From Elusimicrobiota bacterium (GTDB lineage Bacteria; Elusimicrobiota; Elusimicrobia; UBA1565; JACRDR01): DNA of 64,000 bases. Below the pieces are notes generated by a model. The model searched no databases, was not told the DNA's origin, and saw only the letters and a list, made by a program, of their open reading frames with translations. Numbering within the stretch: position 1 is the first letter of the stretch; each line of letters opens with the position of its first letter. The stretch is from NCBI GenBank assembly GCA_041694815.1, contig JBGFSC010000026.1, positions 1-64,000 on the forward strand, written 5' to 3'. Positions 28,180 through 37,825 of the stretch are shown one piece after another. The position numbers were made by a program, and so were the translations under genes.

Positions 28180-28910
28180 GGCCGATGGTTTCGGAGAAAA
28201 CGCGCGGCGCGACGGGGCGAGGCGAATATCTCCTGGGCGGTCTGATAGTCTTGCGGGCGCCCGATGTCGAGCCAGTAGGCGCGGGTGCAGAATCCGCAGA
28301 CGTTTTCGCCGGCGCGGCGCAAGCGGTCGATAAGCTCCGGCATGCCGAGGAACTCGCCGCTGCGGATATGCTCGAGAGCGCGGCGCGAGAAGACGTTGAC
28401 GCCCATGCTCACGAGGTAGCGGTAGGAGGGCTTCTCGGTGTAGCTGGCCAGGCGTCCGCGCCCATCCAAGCCGATCACCCCGAAATCGACGACGGTCTTA
28501 CGCTCGCAGACGCCGATCGTCGCCAAGGCCCTCGAGTGCCTATGATGCTCGAAGAGCTTACGGTAGTTCATGGTCGTGAGTATATCGCCGTTGATGGTCA
28601 AGAACTCGGGCGCCAGTCCCCGGACGAGCTTGAGGGCGCCGGCGGTCGAGAGGGGACGCTCCTCGCGCACGTAGCGTATCTTGAGCCCCCAGCGCCTCCC
28701 ATCCCCGCAATAGGCTGTGATGAGCTCGGCCAGATGGCCGGTCGAGATCACGATATCGCCGAAGCCATTTTGCTTGAGCTGCCTCAGGATAACCTCAATG
28801 ATGGGCATCTCGCCCACCGGGACGAGCGGTTTGGGAAACGAGGTGGTGTAGGGCTTAAGCCGCGTGCCCTTGCCGCCGGCGAGGATCACCGCCTGCAGCT
28901 TAGACGGCAT
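28176..28910 (-). CDS. sugar-phosphate nucleotidyltransferase
   Basis: ILAGGKGTRLKPYT..PKPLVP, NGDILT, EKP, WLDIGRP. Confidence 0.9.
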   Translation of the reverse strand: MPSKLQAVILAGGKGTRLKPYTTSFPKPLVPVGEMPIIEVILRQLKQNGFGDIVISTGHLAELITAYCGDGRRWGLKIRYVREERPLSTAGALKLVRGLAPEFLTINGDILTTMNYRKLFEHHRHSRALATIGVCERKTVVDFGVIGLDGRGRLASYTEKPSYRYLVSMGVNVFSRRALEHIRSGEFLGMPELIDRLRRAGENVCGFCTRAYWLDIGRPQDYQTAQEIFASPRRAARFLRNHRP

Positions 28911-29895
28911 AGCCTTCCTTATATTTGGAGAGGTGGGCGCGCAGGTACTCGATGGTCTCGACGAGACCCTGTTCGAGCGAAAAGCGCGGCTTCCAGCCAG
29001 CCAACCGCGCCGCCTTACGATTGTCGCAGAGAAGGCGCTGCACCTCGCTTTTGGCCGGCCGCACCCGTATATTCTCGGTTTTAAATTCCGCGCGACGCCC
29101 GATCAGCCGCATGGCCAGCTCCGCCGCCTGGCGGATGCTCACCGCACGGCCCGTTCCGAGATTGACGACCTGGCCGATCGTGCGCGGCGAGGAGGCGGCG
29201 GCTAAAAATCCATCGACCGTGTCTTCGACGAAGGTGAAATCGCGGACCGGTTCCAGCGAGCCGATCTCAAGCCTCTCTTGGCCGCGCAGGAGCTGGGTGA
29301 TAATGGTGGGAAGCACGGCCCGCGCCGACTGCCTAGGCCCGTAGGTGTTAAATGGGCGCACGGTGGTTACGGGCAGCTCGAAGGAGCGGTAAAAACTTTC
29401 GGCCAGCATGTCGGCGCCGATCTTGGATGCGGAGTAGGGGGACTGCCCTTGAAGCGGGTGCTTCTCGTCGATCGGGGTATAGACGGCGGTGCCGTAGGTC
29501 TCGGAAGTGGAGGTATGTACCAGCCGCCGCGTACCGTGCTTGAGGCAGGCCTGGAGCACGTTGAGCGTGCCGCCGACATTGGTCGATACGAAATGGGTGG
29601 GGGCCGCGTAGGAATAGGGGATGGCGATGAGCGCCGCCAGATGGAAGACGACATCTTGCCCTTCGACGGCCGAAGAGACGAAGAAGGGGTCACTGATGTC
29701 GCCGGCCGTCACCTCCATCGAATCGACGAGCCTCGAGTCCGCTTCCTCCAGAAGCCCCCAGTCGCCTCGCCCGTTGTAATGCAGCATCGCGCGCACCTTG
29801 GCCCCGCGCCTGGCCAGGGCCTCGGCCAGGTGGCTGCCGATGAAGCCTCCGGCCCCGGTGACGAGAACGCGCGCGCCTCTCCAATTCCTCATCAT
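28900..29895 (-). CDS. NDP-sugar 4,6-dehydratase (LegB-like)
   Basis: TGAGGFIGSHL, FHLAALIAIPYSY, TSTSETYG, QSPYSASK, RPFNTYGPRQSARA. Confidence 0.85.
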   Translation of the reverse strand: MMRNWRGARVLVTGAGGFIGSHLAEALARRGAKVRAMLHYNGRGDWGLLEEADSRLVDSMEVTAGDISDPFFVSSAVEGQDVVFHLAALIAIPYSYAAPTHFVSTNVGGTLNVLQACLKHGTRRLVHTSTSETYGTAVYTPIDEKHPLQGQSPYSASKIGADMLAESFYRSFELPVTTVRPFNTYGPRQSARAVLPTIITQLLRGQERLEIGSLEPVRDFTFVEDTVDGFLAAASSPRTIGQVVNLGTGRAVSIRQAAELAMRLIGRRAEFKTENIRVRPAKSEVQRLLCDNRKAARLAGWKPRFSLEQGLVETIEYLRAHLSKYKEGYAV

Positions 29896-30458
29896 GCCTC
29901 CACGCGGAAATCGATGTCGTCGAAATCGACGAGCCGGATATGCCGGGTCCCGTTCTTCGGCGCGGGATAGGGCGCCGGCACGGCGACCAAGACTAACGGC
30001 GTCGAGGGAGGAAGGTCCTCGAAGCGGTTGACGAAGAGAAAGCGCGCGTCGGCGATGCCCAAGTCGGCGACGATGTCCTTGACGAGATCGAGGATCTCAT
30101 CTTGCGCCACCACCGCGAAGTCCCGCCGGCCGGCGTCGTATTCCCGCCGCAGCGCGACGGAGATGTTGCGCTCGATCTGGCGGAAGATGCGGACGGTGTA
30201 GAGGCTATAATGGTAGGACTTGCTGGCCTTCTCCATCGCTCCCTTGAGGGTGAGCAGATACTGCATCCGGTTCCAGTCGAGGGCCTTGACCTTGATGAGC
30301 CCCTTGCGCGCCAAGCGCTTGAGCAGGAGATTCGTCATCCCCAAGGAAAGCCCGGTGTTATTGGAAAGCTCCCGCTGGGTGCTGCCGGGGCTCTTGGCGA
30401 TTTCCTGGATCAGATTGAATTCTTTGGCTTCGAGATTGTTGTTGGCCACGTCGTTCAA
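29892..30458 (-). CDS. polysaccharide-associated MarR-type winged-helix regulator
   Basis: TQRELS..GLSLGMTNLLLKRL..KGLIK..YLLT.KG.EK; TTG start. Confidence 0.85.
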   Translation of the reverse strand: MNDVANNNLEAKEFNLIQEIAKSPGSTQRELSNNTGLSLGMTNLLLKRLARKGLIKVKALDWNRMQYLLTLKGAMEKASKSYHYSLYTVRIFRQIERNISVALRREYDAGRRDFAVVAQDEILDLVKDIVADLGIADARFLFVNRFEDLPPSTPLVLVAVPAPYPAPKNGTRHIRLVDFDDIDFRVEA

Positions 30459-30468
30459 GGATTGAACA
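30452..30468. promoter_or_regulatory. palindromic operator (copy 1) overlapping the regulator start
   Basis: CGTTCA-AGGAT-TGAACA adjoining a minus-strand TAAAAT. Confidence 0.7.
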
Positions 30469-30480
30469 TTTTATCGTTTT

Positions 30481-31368
30481 TCATCGCGCTGTTTTCAAGA
30501 TTTCCAGATACTCCTCCAACGCCTCCTGCCAGGGCCGCATGCGGTCTAAGCCCGAGGTTTCCAGGTTCTTATTGCGCAACGCCTCCGATTCCGGGCGGGG
30601 CGCGGGCAGCGGGAAGCGGGAGGAGGGAGCCGGCTCGATCTCGGAGGAGCCGCCGAGACGCTTGCGGATGAACCGGGCCATGTCGTAGCGCGTGCAGGCC
30701 CCATGCCCCGCCATGTGATAGGTGCCGTAGCGGCCGGAGTCCGCGAGAACGACGAGATTGCGCGCCAAATCGACCGTGTAGGTGGGGCTGCCGCGCTTGT
30801 CGCTGACGGCGATGATCGTCCTTTGCCCCGCCTGAATCTGTCGGACGATTTTGCCGACGAATTTTTTGTCGTCGGCCGCCCCCCCCATCAACCAGGCGGT
30901 GCGCACGATGAAATGCCTCGGCGTGGCCTCGCGGACGGCCTCCTCGCCGGCCCATTTGCTGCGGGCGTATTCGTTGGCCGGCGCGACCGGATCGTCTTCC
31001 GTGTAGGGGTCCGGCTTCGGCTTTCCCCCGAGTACCATGGCCGTGCTCATGTAAACTAGAGGCAAATCGTTCTCGGCGCAGACTCGCGCGAGCGAACGGG
31101 TCGCCGTGGCGTTCATCCGATGCGCGAAGGAGGGGTCGCTCTCGCAGCGGTCGACATCCGTGGCGCCGGCCAGGTGGATCACCAGGGAGGCGTTCTTCCA
31201 AAAGGTCTGCCGCCTCAATCGATCTTCGTCGGCCAGATCGATCCTGCGCGAGGGTTCGGCTTCGGCCAGGTCGAGCCCGACGGTCGGCCGGTCCAGCTCG
31301 CTTAGATACTCCATCAATGCCGAGCCCAGCATGCCGCGGCTGCCGGTGACGACGATGGGCCCCGTCAT
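30481..31368 (-). CDS. rfbD: dTDP-4-dehydrorhamnose reductase family
   Basis: TGSRGMLG, TDVDRCE, YARSKWAGE, GSPTY, APRP. Confidence 0.85.
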   Translation of the reverse strand: MTGPIVVTGSRGMLGSALMEYLSELDRPTVGLDLAEAEPSRRIDLADEDRLRRQTFWKNASLVIHLAGATDVDRCESDPSFAHRMNATATRSLARVCAENDLPLVYMSTAMVLGGKPKPDPYTEDDPVAPANEYARSKWAGEEAVREATPRHFIVRTAWLMGGAADDKKFVGKIVRQIQAGQRTIIAVSDKRGSPTYTVDLARNLVVLADSGRYGTYHMAGHGACTRYDMARFIRKRLGGSSEIEPAPSSRFPLPAPRPESEALRNKNLETSGLDRMRPWQEALEEYLEILKTAR

Positions 31369-32513
31369 ACGACGCTGCATTTGGCGCAGGGCGAGCGATC
31401 GGAGCGCCGCCTTTCAAGATGCTGGGCGCGGAGCTCCTCATAGGCGGGAGAACGCCAGAGCTGCTTGAGGGAGAGCCCGCGGGCGTCGCCGACGCATAGC
31501 TCCGAGCGGAAATCGACGTCGCAGGGATTCACGCGCCCGTCCCACCACACGAACATGCGCCTCCAGAGATCGGAGCAGGGGGTGCCCAGCCCGTTGTCGG
31601 GAGCCTCGTAGACGTTCTCCCAGGGATTGTAGTTGACGAAGGCCACTTGGTCGACGTACCGGCCCCAGAAGGACTCCATGGCGTCAAGTTCGCCCGAGCC
31701 GGGCACCTTCACACCGGAGACGCGCGTAATCAGCGTGGAATCGGGATAATGCCGCCGGCGGATATCATCGAAGAGCCGCACTTTTTGAAGCGTCTTTTCC
31801 AAAGTCCCGCCGACGCGCAGCCGGCTGTAGGCCGGCTCCTCGGCCGCGTCGGCCGAGAAGACCAGCGTGCTGACGTCCGATTCTAGAATCGCGTGACACT
31901 TGGCCTCGTCGAGCAGCGAGGCGTTCGTGTTGAGCTTGAGCGCCAGGAATTTCCCCTTGGCGTAGCGCAGCATCGCCGCGATGTCGGGACAGGCCATGGG
32001 CTCGCCCCGCGAGGCCAGCGTCACCGCTTCCACGTTACCCTCGGCCTCGTCGATGACCTTCTTGAACAGATCGAGGGACATCATGCCCATATGACCGTTC
32101 GCCTTCTTGGTGAAGACCGCGTCGGTCTGGTAGCAGAACACGCAGCGGAAGTTGCAGGCCGAGGTCGGCTCGATCTGCAGGCAGGGCGGCCAGTCGTCGA
32201 GCCGCTTGCGCTCCGGGAACGCCTCGTAGCGGAAGCGGTAATGCAGGTAGCGCGGCAGCTGGGAGTCCGCGAGTCGGGCCAGCTCTTCCTGGACATTGGC
32301 GTGCAGGGCGAAGGGCGGGTGGCCCGCAGGCGCCTCTAACCCCAGCAGTTCGCGGCAGGCCTGGCGCACGAGGGCGGCGGCCTGCGGCGCCAGCCCCCAG
32401 GAGGAGCCGTCCTCGAGCAGGCGCTTGAGACGGGGCCGCGGGTCGGGCAGAGGCTTTTGCTGCCGGATTTCCACGAAGCTGTTGTGCTTCTGATAGACCT
32501 TGGTCTCGCTCAT
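31365..32513 (-). CDS. radical SAM/SPASM(twitch) protein
   Basis: CNFRCVFC, RGEP, LNTNA; C-terminal PC..W.G.VNPC..C..C. Confidence 0.9.
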   Translation of the reverse strand: MSETKVYQKHNSFVEIRQQKPLPDPRPRLKRLLEDGSSWGLAPQAAALVRQACRELLGLEAPAGHPPFALHANVQEELARLADSQLPRYLHYRFRYEAFPERKRLDDWPPCLQIEPTSACNFRCVFCYQTDAVFTKKANGHMGMMSLDLFKKVIDEAEGNVEAVTLASRGEPMACPDIAAMLRYAKGKFLALKLNTNASLLDEAKCHAILESDVSTLVFSADAAEEPAYSRLRVGGTLEKTLQKVRLFDDIRRRHYPDSTLITRVSGVKVPGSGELDAMESFWGRYVDQVAFVNYNPWENVYEAPDNGLGTPCSDLWRRMFVWWDGRVNPCDVDFRSELCVGDARGLSLKQLWRSPAYEELRAQHLERRRSDRSPCAKCSVV

Positions 32514-33430
32514 CGCGCGGCCGCCAGCCTCCTAAACGTGGTCTTAAGCCTCAAGGCGCAGTCGGTTCTCTCGACGCCGAGACCCGAGAGGCCGTAGATC
32601 CCATAGGCCTTGAGCCTCTGCCCCCAGGAGGCAGGCTCGCCCCGCAGCGCGGCGGCCGCCTCCGGCGTCAGCCACAGGCCGGCCCGCTTGATCGCGGCGG
32701 CCTTGGGCCCGAGACGCCGTTCGAGATCGGGATGGCGCGCAAGGCATTCAGCGTAGGCCCGTCGCAATTCCTCACGCTCGCGCGCGCAGTCCCAGCCCGC
32801 GCTTTCGGCGTGCACCCGGATACGCACGAGAGGATCCTCGACGAAGTCGAACTCAAAACGCTCGGCGAGCCTCAGGAAGAGCTCGTACTCCTCGGCGATG
32901 CGGAAGTCCGGACGGAAAAAGCCGCCGGCGCGCTCGATCGCGCTTCGGCGCATCAAGGCAGCCGCGCAAGGAACGAAGTTATAGAGGAAAAGCGCCTCGA
33001 GTATGCGCCCGCGACGCAGGGGATTTCGCTCCGAATAACGCCCCAGCAGGCGGCCCGTGGCGTCGATCCTCCACGCGTCGCTGCCGACGAAGCCGACCTC
33101 CGGGCGCGAGAACAGCCTCAGTTGCCGCTCGAGCTTGGAGGGTTCCCAGAGATCGTCCTGGTCGAGGATGGCGATGAACTCGCCCGAGGAAAGCTCCATG
33201 GCCTTATTGCGGGCGGCTCCCAGGCCCGCATTCTCCTGGCGATGGTAGACGATGTGGCGCCCGGCCGCCAGGTGCCGGCGGACGATGGACTCGGTGCCAT
33301 CGGGCGAGCCGTCGTTGACGATGACGAGCTCGTAGTCGTCGCAGCTCTGCGCGAACACCGAGGCGAGTGTCTCCTCCAAATAGGGCTCGGCCTTGTAGCA
33401 GCAGAGATTGATGCTGACCGCGGGTCTCAT
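32510..33430 (-). CDS. GT2 family glycosyltransferase
   Basis: VNDGSPD, NAGLGAARN, ILDQDD; start moved to ATG 33430. Confidence 0.92.
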   Translation of the reverse strand: MRPAVSINLCCYKAEPYLEETLASVFAQSCDDYELVIVNDGSPDGTESIVRRHLAAGRHIVYHRQENAGLGAARNKAMELSSGEFIAILDQDDLWEPSKLERQLRLFSRPEVGFVGSDAWRIDATGRLLGRYSERNPLRRGRILEALFLYNFVPCAAALMRRSAIERAGGFFRPDFRIAEEYELFLRLAERFEFDFVEDPLVRIRVHAESAGWDCAREREELRRAYAECLARHPDLERRLGPKAAAIKRAGLWLTPEAAAALRGEPASWGQRLKAYGIYGLSGLGVERTDCALRLKTTFRRLAAAR

Positions 33431-34554
33431 GCGTTGGCGGGACTTTTGCAGAAGCCGGCCACGGCGTCGACGACCGCGTCGACGTCCGCGTCGCTCATCG
33501 CGCAATGCAGGGGCAGCGTGACGATCTCGCGGCCCAGCTTCTCGGAACGGGGAAGGGGAGCAGGGGCGTACTTCTGGAAATAGGGCTGCGCGTGGTTGGG
33601 GATATAATGCAGCCCGGTGCCCACCCCGCGGCCCTTGAGGTATTCCATGAACTCGTCGCGCCTGGCCTCTGGGACGCGCACGATGTAGATATGCGGAGCC
33701 ACGGTCTCATAGTCGATTTTAAGCGGGCGGACGATCCCGAGCTCACGGAAGGCCTCGTCGTAGCGCCGCGCGATCTTACGGCGCCTCTCGATGAAGCCGG
33801 GCAGTTTTTTTAGCTGCTCCAAGCCCACGGCGGCGCAGAAATTGGGCATATGGTAGCGATAGCCGGGGGAGACGACCTCGTAGACATAGGTGCGCGTGTT
33901 CTTGTAGCGGTGCCAGGTGTCCTTGTCGATGCCGAGAATGCGCATGCGGCGGATATCCTCGGCCACCTTGTCGTCGGAAAGAGCGACGGCCCCGCCCTCG
34001 CCGGTGGTGATGTTCTTGATCGGGTCGAAGCTAAAGCACACCGCGTCGCCGTGCGTGCCTATCTTTTTGCCCTGGTATTGCGATCCGAAGGCGTGCGCGG
34101 CGTCCTCGATGAGCTTGAAGCCGTGTTGCTTGGAAAGTTCAAGAAGCGCACCCAGATTTCCCGGGTTGCCGCAGAAATGCACCGGCATGACCGCCTTTGT
34201 CCTCTTTGTGATTCTCCGGCGCACGTCCTCCGGATCGAGAAGCAATGTCTCCTCGTCTGATTCGGCGAAGACAGGAGCGGCTCCCAGCGCCAGGATCGAC
34301 TGCACGCAGGCGGCGAAGGTGATCGAGGGAAGGATGACCTCGTCCTCCGGCCCGACGCCAAAGCCCGCCAGCGCGATATGCAGCGCCGAGCTGCCCGTGT
34401 TGACGGCGACGACATGCTTGGCGCCCAGATATTTCTTGAGCGCCTCCTCGAACTCGAATACGGTCGAGCCCAGGCCGAGCCAGCCGGTGTCGAATACTTT
34501 CTCCATCGCCCGGATTTCCTCCAGGCCGGTCAGCGGTCGCGAAATGGGGATCAC
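33427..34554 (-). CDS. DegT/DnrJ/EryC1/StrS PLP aminotransferase
   Basis: NTGSSALH, EDAAHAFG, SFDPIKNITTGEGG. Confidence 0.93.
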   Translation of the reverse strand: MIPISRPLTGLEEIRAMEKVFDTGWLGLGSTVFEFEEALKKYLGAKHVVAVNTGSSALHIALAGFGVGPEDEVILPSITFAACVQSILALGAAPVFAESDEETLLLDPEDVRRRITKRTKAVMPVHFCGNPGNLGALLELSKQHGFKLIEDAAHAFGSQYQGKKIGTHGDAVCFSFDPIKNITTGEGGAVALSDDKVAEDIRRMRILGIDKDTWHRYKNTRTYVYEVVSPGYRYHMPNFCAAVGLEQLKKLPGFIERRRKIARRYDEAFRELGIVRPLKIDYETVAPHIYIVRVPEARRDEFMEYLKGRGVGTGLHYIPNHAQPYFQKYAPAPLPRSEKLGREIVTLPLHCAMSDADVDAVVDAVAGFCKSPANA

Positions 34555-35390
34555 CCTTTTTTCCTCGCAAGCGCCAAGAGATAGCGGCCTTGATCGGCGT
34601 AGGCGCGCGCCGCCAGCGATTCGATCGCCGAGAGCCCCGCGCGCCCGCGCTCGTCGAGCCGGGAAGGCCGCGCCACCGCGGCCATCGGGTCGCCCTCGAT
34701 GCCGGAGCAGACCCCGATGCCGAAAAGCGAGGGCGGGTGGAACCCGAAGCCCTCAAGCAGCCGTTTCAGCTCGGAGGAATCATGCCAGGCGGACCACACC
34801 GAACCCCCCGCCCAATAGCCCTCCGTCCGCTCGAGCACCATGCGCGCGTTGCGGAAGTTGCCGGCGCGTACCGATTTGAGCAGGTCGAACCAGCGCGTGC
34901 GGAAGGAGGCGGCCAGAAGACCTCCCGGTTTTAACGCCCGCGCCAATTCCCCGAGCGTCGCCCGGTAATCGGGAAGATTATAGAGCATCTCGGCGCAGAC
35001 GACGGCGTCGAACCATCCGCTCGGCACGGAGCGCGCGTACGTCGCCGCGTCGGACTCGATGAACTCGACGTTGGAAAGCCGTGCCTCGGCGCACAGGCGC
35101 CGGGCCGCCTCGAGCGAGTCGGGGGAAAAATCCACCGCGACGACGCGGCCGGAATACGCCCAACCCGCCAAGGGGACGGTCAGGCGGCCGTGCCCGCAGC
35201 CCAGATCGAGGATGCGCAGCGAGCGCCCCGGCGCCTTCTCTAGCTCCGGGACGATCCATTGCAGGTATTGCTGCCGGTAATAGGCCTCGTCGCGGTCGGA
35301 GGCCATGTCGTAGCCGGCGTTGGCTCGCCGCACGAGCTCCGCCTGGCTTCTTCCGATGAGGCCAAGTATCATCTCTTTCAAGCGGCGCAA
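34551..35390 (-). CDS. class I SAM-dependent methyltransferase
   Basis: ILDLGCGHG, AVDFS, LKPGG; start uncertain (35390, 35381 or 35372). Confidence 0.88.
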   Translation of the reverse strand: MRRLKEMILGLIGRSQAELVRRANAGYDMASDRDEAYYRQQYLQWIVPELEKAPGRSLRILDLGCGHGRLTVPLAGWAYSGRVVAVDFSPDSLEAARRLCAEARLSNVEFIESDAATYARSVPSGWFDAVVCAEMLYNLPDYRATLGELARALKPGGLLAASFRTRWFDLLKSVRAGNFRNARMVLERTEGYWAGGSVWSAWHDSSELKRLLEGFGFHPPSLFGIGVCSGIEGDPMAAVARPSRLDERGRAGLSAIESLAARAYADQGRYLLALARKKG

Positions 35391-37825
35391 GGCTCCTCCG
35401 CGGCCGGGGCCAGGAAGGCGTCGATCGTCTCGTCGTTGATGGGAGACAGGCAGTCTTGGCGCATGCGGCGCGCGTTCTCCGACCAGCGCGCGCGCTCCGT
35501 TTCCGGCAGGGAAAGCAGGCGCAGGAGCTGGGCGCGCAAGGCGGCGGAGCCGTGCGCGGGCGCCGGGATCTCGGGGAAGTAGGCCAGGGGGTTGTAGTCA
35601 AGCGCCGCCTGGCGCGCGGCCACTACAAGCGGCACGCCGGCCAAGGCCAGATCCATCGAGGAGCTGCTGCCGCCGACGACGGCGCAGCAGGCCCGCCGCG
35701 CCCATTCCTCCATGCCGCCCGAGACCAATTCGAAATGCGCCGGCAGGAGGCGGCTTCCAAGGGCGGCGTTCCAGGCTCCCTCGGGCATCATTGGGTGCGG
35801 CTTGAGCCAGAAGCGCGGGCCCTCGTCCGTCGGGAAGGCCTCCAATAGCATGGACAGGAGTTCGACGGTCCAGGAAAGGTCCAGGGAGAGCGGCACGAAC
35901 ACCCTCCGCGGCTCCGGGTTTTGCCTCGGCTCGCCGGCGAGAAGGTGGCGGTAGCGTAGGGAGGGGCCCAGGCGCAGCCGGGCGCGGGGAAGGCCCTCCT
36001 CGGCGAAGCGCTCCAGGGAGAAGCGTCCGCTGCAGACGATGACATCGGGCAGTGCCTCTGGAGCGACCGCGGCGAAATGCTGGAGCATGAGCGGCGCCGG
36101 CGAGGCCCAATGCTGGTAGCCGACGCTCAGGGCCTTGGGGAAAAAACGGCGCAGGGCCAGCAGGGCCGGCTTTTCGGCGGCGGCGTTCTCGAAGGTGTCG
36201 ATGAAAACCCGCGGGCTCAGGCCCGAGGAGGCCAGCCGCTCGAAAAGGCGGGTGTACTGGATAAAGGGCGCTTGGCTGGCGTTGGCCATGGATTGGCGCC
36301 GCGCGTCGGCCACGAGCTCGGCGATGTCCAACCCGGCCAGGCGTTGGGGCAAAGAGGGAAGGGCACCCTGCCGCCACAGGACGCGGGCGGACCAGAGATA
36401 ATCCGAGGGCCGGTAGTAATCCTCGGCGATGAGATGCGATCCGTGGCCTCGGAGCCAGCGGAAAGCCTCGCGCGGAGACCGCCGAGGGTCATAGAGATAG
36501 GGCAGCACGACCGGCTCGAGTCCCCGCCGCCTGAGCTGCTCGGCGAGTTCGGTAAAGTACGCGTCCCGAGGTCCGTCGTTTGAAAAATAGCCCGCATCGA
36601 CCCAGGTATGGATGAGGGCGAGCGGCTTTTTATCCGCCAGGCGGGCGCAAGAGCCCGTGCTGCGCGCGGAAAGCCAAGCCAGCGCTCCGCGGCAGAAATG
36701 CTTCGCCCAGCGAAGGGCCCAGAGCGCCGCCCAGCGTAGATCCGCCGCGGCGCAGTCCCAGGGGGCGAGGCGGCGCCCGCCGCGGGCCCTTTCCAAGGCG
36801 CGCAGCAATCCCTCGTTCTCGGCCACGATCAAGACGGGAGGGTTGGGACCCTCGAGAAGATCGAGCGCCGCTTTGAGATAACAGAGCTCGCCGAAGAGAG
36901 AGCCCGAGAGGGTGTTTTCATCCGCGATCCTGGAGCTCCACCATTCGAGGCTTCCATGGCGTCGGGATAAGTCCCGCAGCCAGGCCAGGAAGGGGGCCTT
37001 GAGGCTTTGGCCGGCGTTCTGCAGCGACTGGTGGATATCGATCCGCTCGAAGCCCGTGCCCAAAGCGCGATCCCATCGCTTGAGGTTGAGGAAATCGCGG
37101 CCAAGATAGACCCAGCGCCCCCCGCCGGCGCGCAGGCGGGCCAGGGGCGCGGGGCCTTGGGCCCGCGACAGCCAGGGGCCGCGCCCTTCCCATAGCGCGG
37201 CGAGAACGCGCAGGTCCTCGATCGCCGCGAGCACGTCCGGGCCGAAGGGCTCAGGCGAGCCGGGCGTGAGGCGCTGCACGAAGGGCACGCCGTGGAGGCG
37301 GGCGGCCTCGTAATCGTTGCTTCCGTCGCCGACGAAGAGGCAGCGTGAGGGCTCCAGGCGGCGCTCGCGCAGAAGCCGCCCCAGATGCTCCTTCTTGGGC
37401 GTAGGGCTGCCGTGGATCTCAACGAAGTACTGGGCGATCCCCCGATCGCCGACGATCTGCAGTATCTCGCGCTCGGGCGCGGCGGACAGGACGAAGAGGG
37501 GGATGCGGCCGTGCCAGTTCTCGAGGAACTCCCGCGCCCCGGCGACGAGGGGGACCTTCTGCAAGCGTTCCCAGATGATCGCGTTGAAGCCGCGGTCGAG
37601 CTCGGCGACGCGCTCCTCGCTTAAGGGCTCGCGGAATAGCTCGCGGTAGTAATAGCGGAACTTCTCGTAGCGCGACATCCCGGCGTTGCTCAAATGGTAG
37701 CGGACGATGGCGTCCAAATGCTCGGGGCGGTCGGCGAAGAGCCGGCCCATCGCCTCGTTTTTGAGCTCGAGGGACTCGAGGATGACCCCGTCGAAGTCCA
37801 GGAAGATCGCCTCAGGCCGGCGCAT
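35378..37825 (-). CDS. HAD phosphatase fused to a large surface-carbohydrate biosynthesis (GT-B-like) domain
   Basis: N-terminal FLDFDGV, GSP.PK, FVGDG.ND; C-terminal GYQH, LKPHP, SSS; start moved to ATG 37825. Confidence 0.72.
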   Translation of the reverse strand: MRRPEAIFLDFDGVILESLELKNEAMGRLFADRPEHLDAIVRYHLSNAGMSRYEKFRYYYRELFREPLSEERVAELDRGFNAIIWERLQKVPLVAGAREFLENWHGRIPLFVLSAAPEREILQIVGDRGIAQYFVEIHGSPTPKKEHLGRLLRERRLEPSRCLFVGDGSNDYEAARLHGVPFVQRLTPGSPEPFGPDVLAAIEDLRVLAALWEGRGPWLSRAQGPAPLARLRAGGGRWVYLGRDFLNLKRWDRALGTGFERIDIHQSLQNAGQSLKAPFLAWLRDLSRRHGSLEWWSSRIADENTLSGSLFGELCYLKAALDLLEGPNPPVLIVAENEGLLRALERARGGRRLAPWDCAAADLRWAALWALRWAKHFCRGALAWLSARSTGSCARLADKKPLALIHTWVDAGYFSNDGPRDAYFTELAEQLRRRGLEPVVLPYLYDPRRSPREAFRWLRGHGSHLIAEDYYRPSDYLWSARVLWRQGALPSLPQRLAGLDIAELVADARRQSMANASQAPFIQYTRLFERLASSGLSPRVFIDTFENAAAEKPALLALRRFFPKALSVGYQHWASPAPLMLQHFAAVAPEALPDVIVCSGRFSLERFAEEGLPRARLRLGPSLRYRHLLAGEPRQNPEPRRVFVPLSLDLSWTVELLSMLLEAFPTDEGPRFWLKPHPMMPEGAWNAALGSRLLPAHFELVSGGMEEWARRACCAVVGGSSSSMDLALAGVPLVVAARQAALDYNPLAYFPEIPAPAHGSAALRAQLLRLLSLPETERARWSENARRMRQDCLSPINDETIDAFLAPAAEEPCAA

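Noticed and set aside
28176..34554. Full legionaminic acid pathway
   Set aside because: No hydrolysing 2-epimerase and no second nonulosonate synthase in the window.
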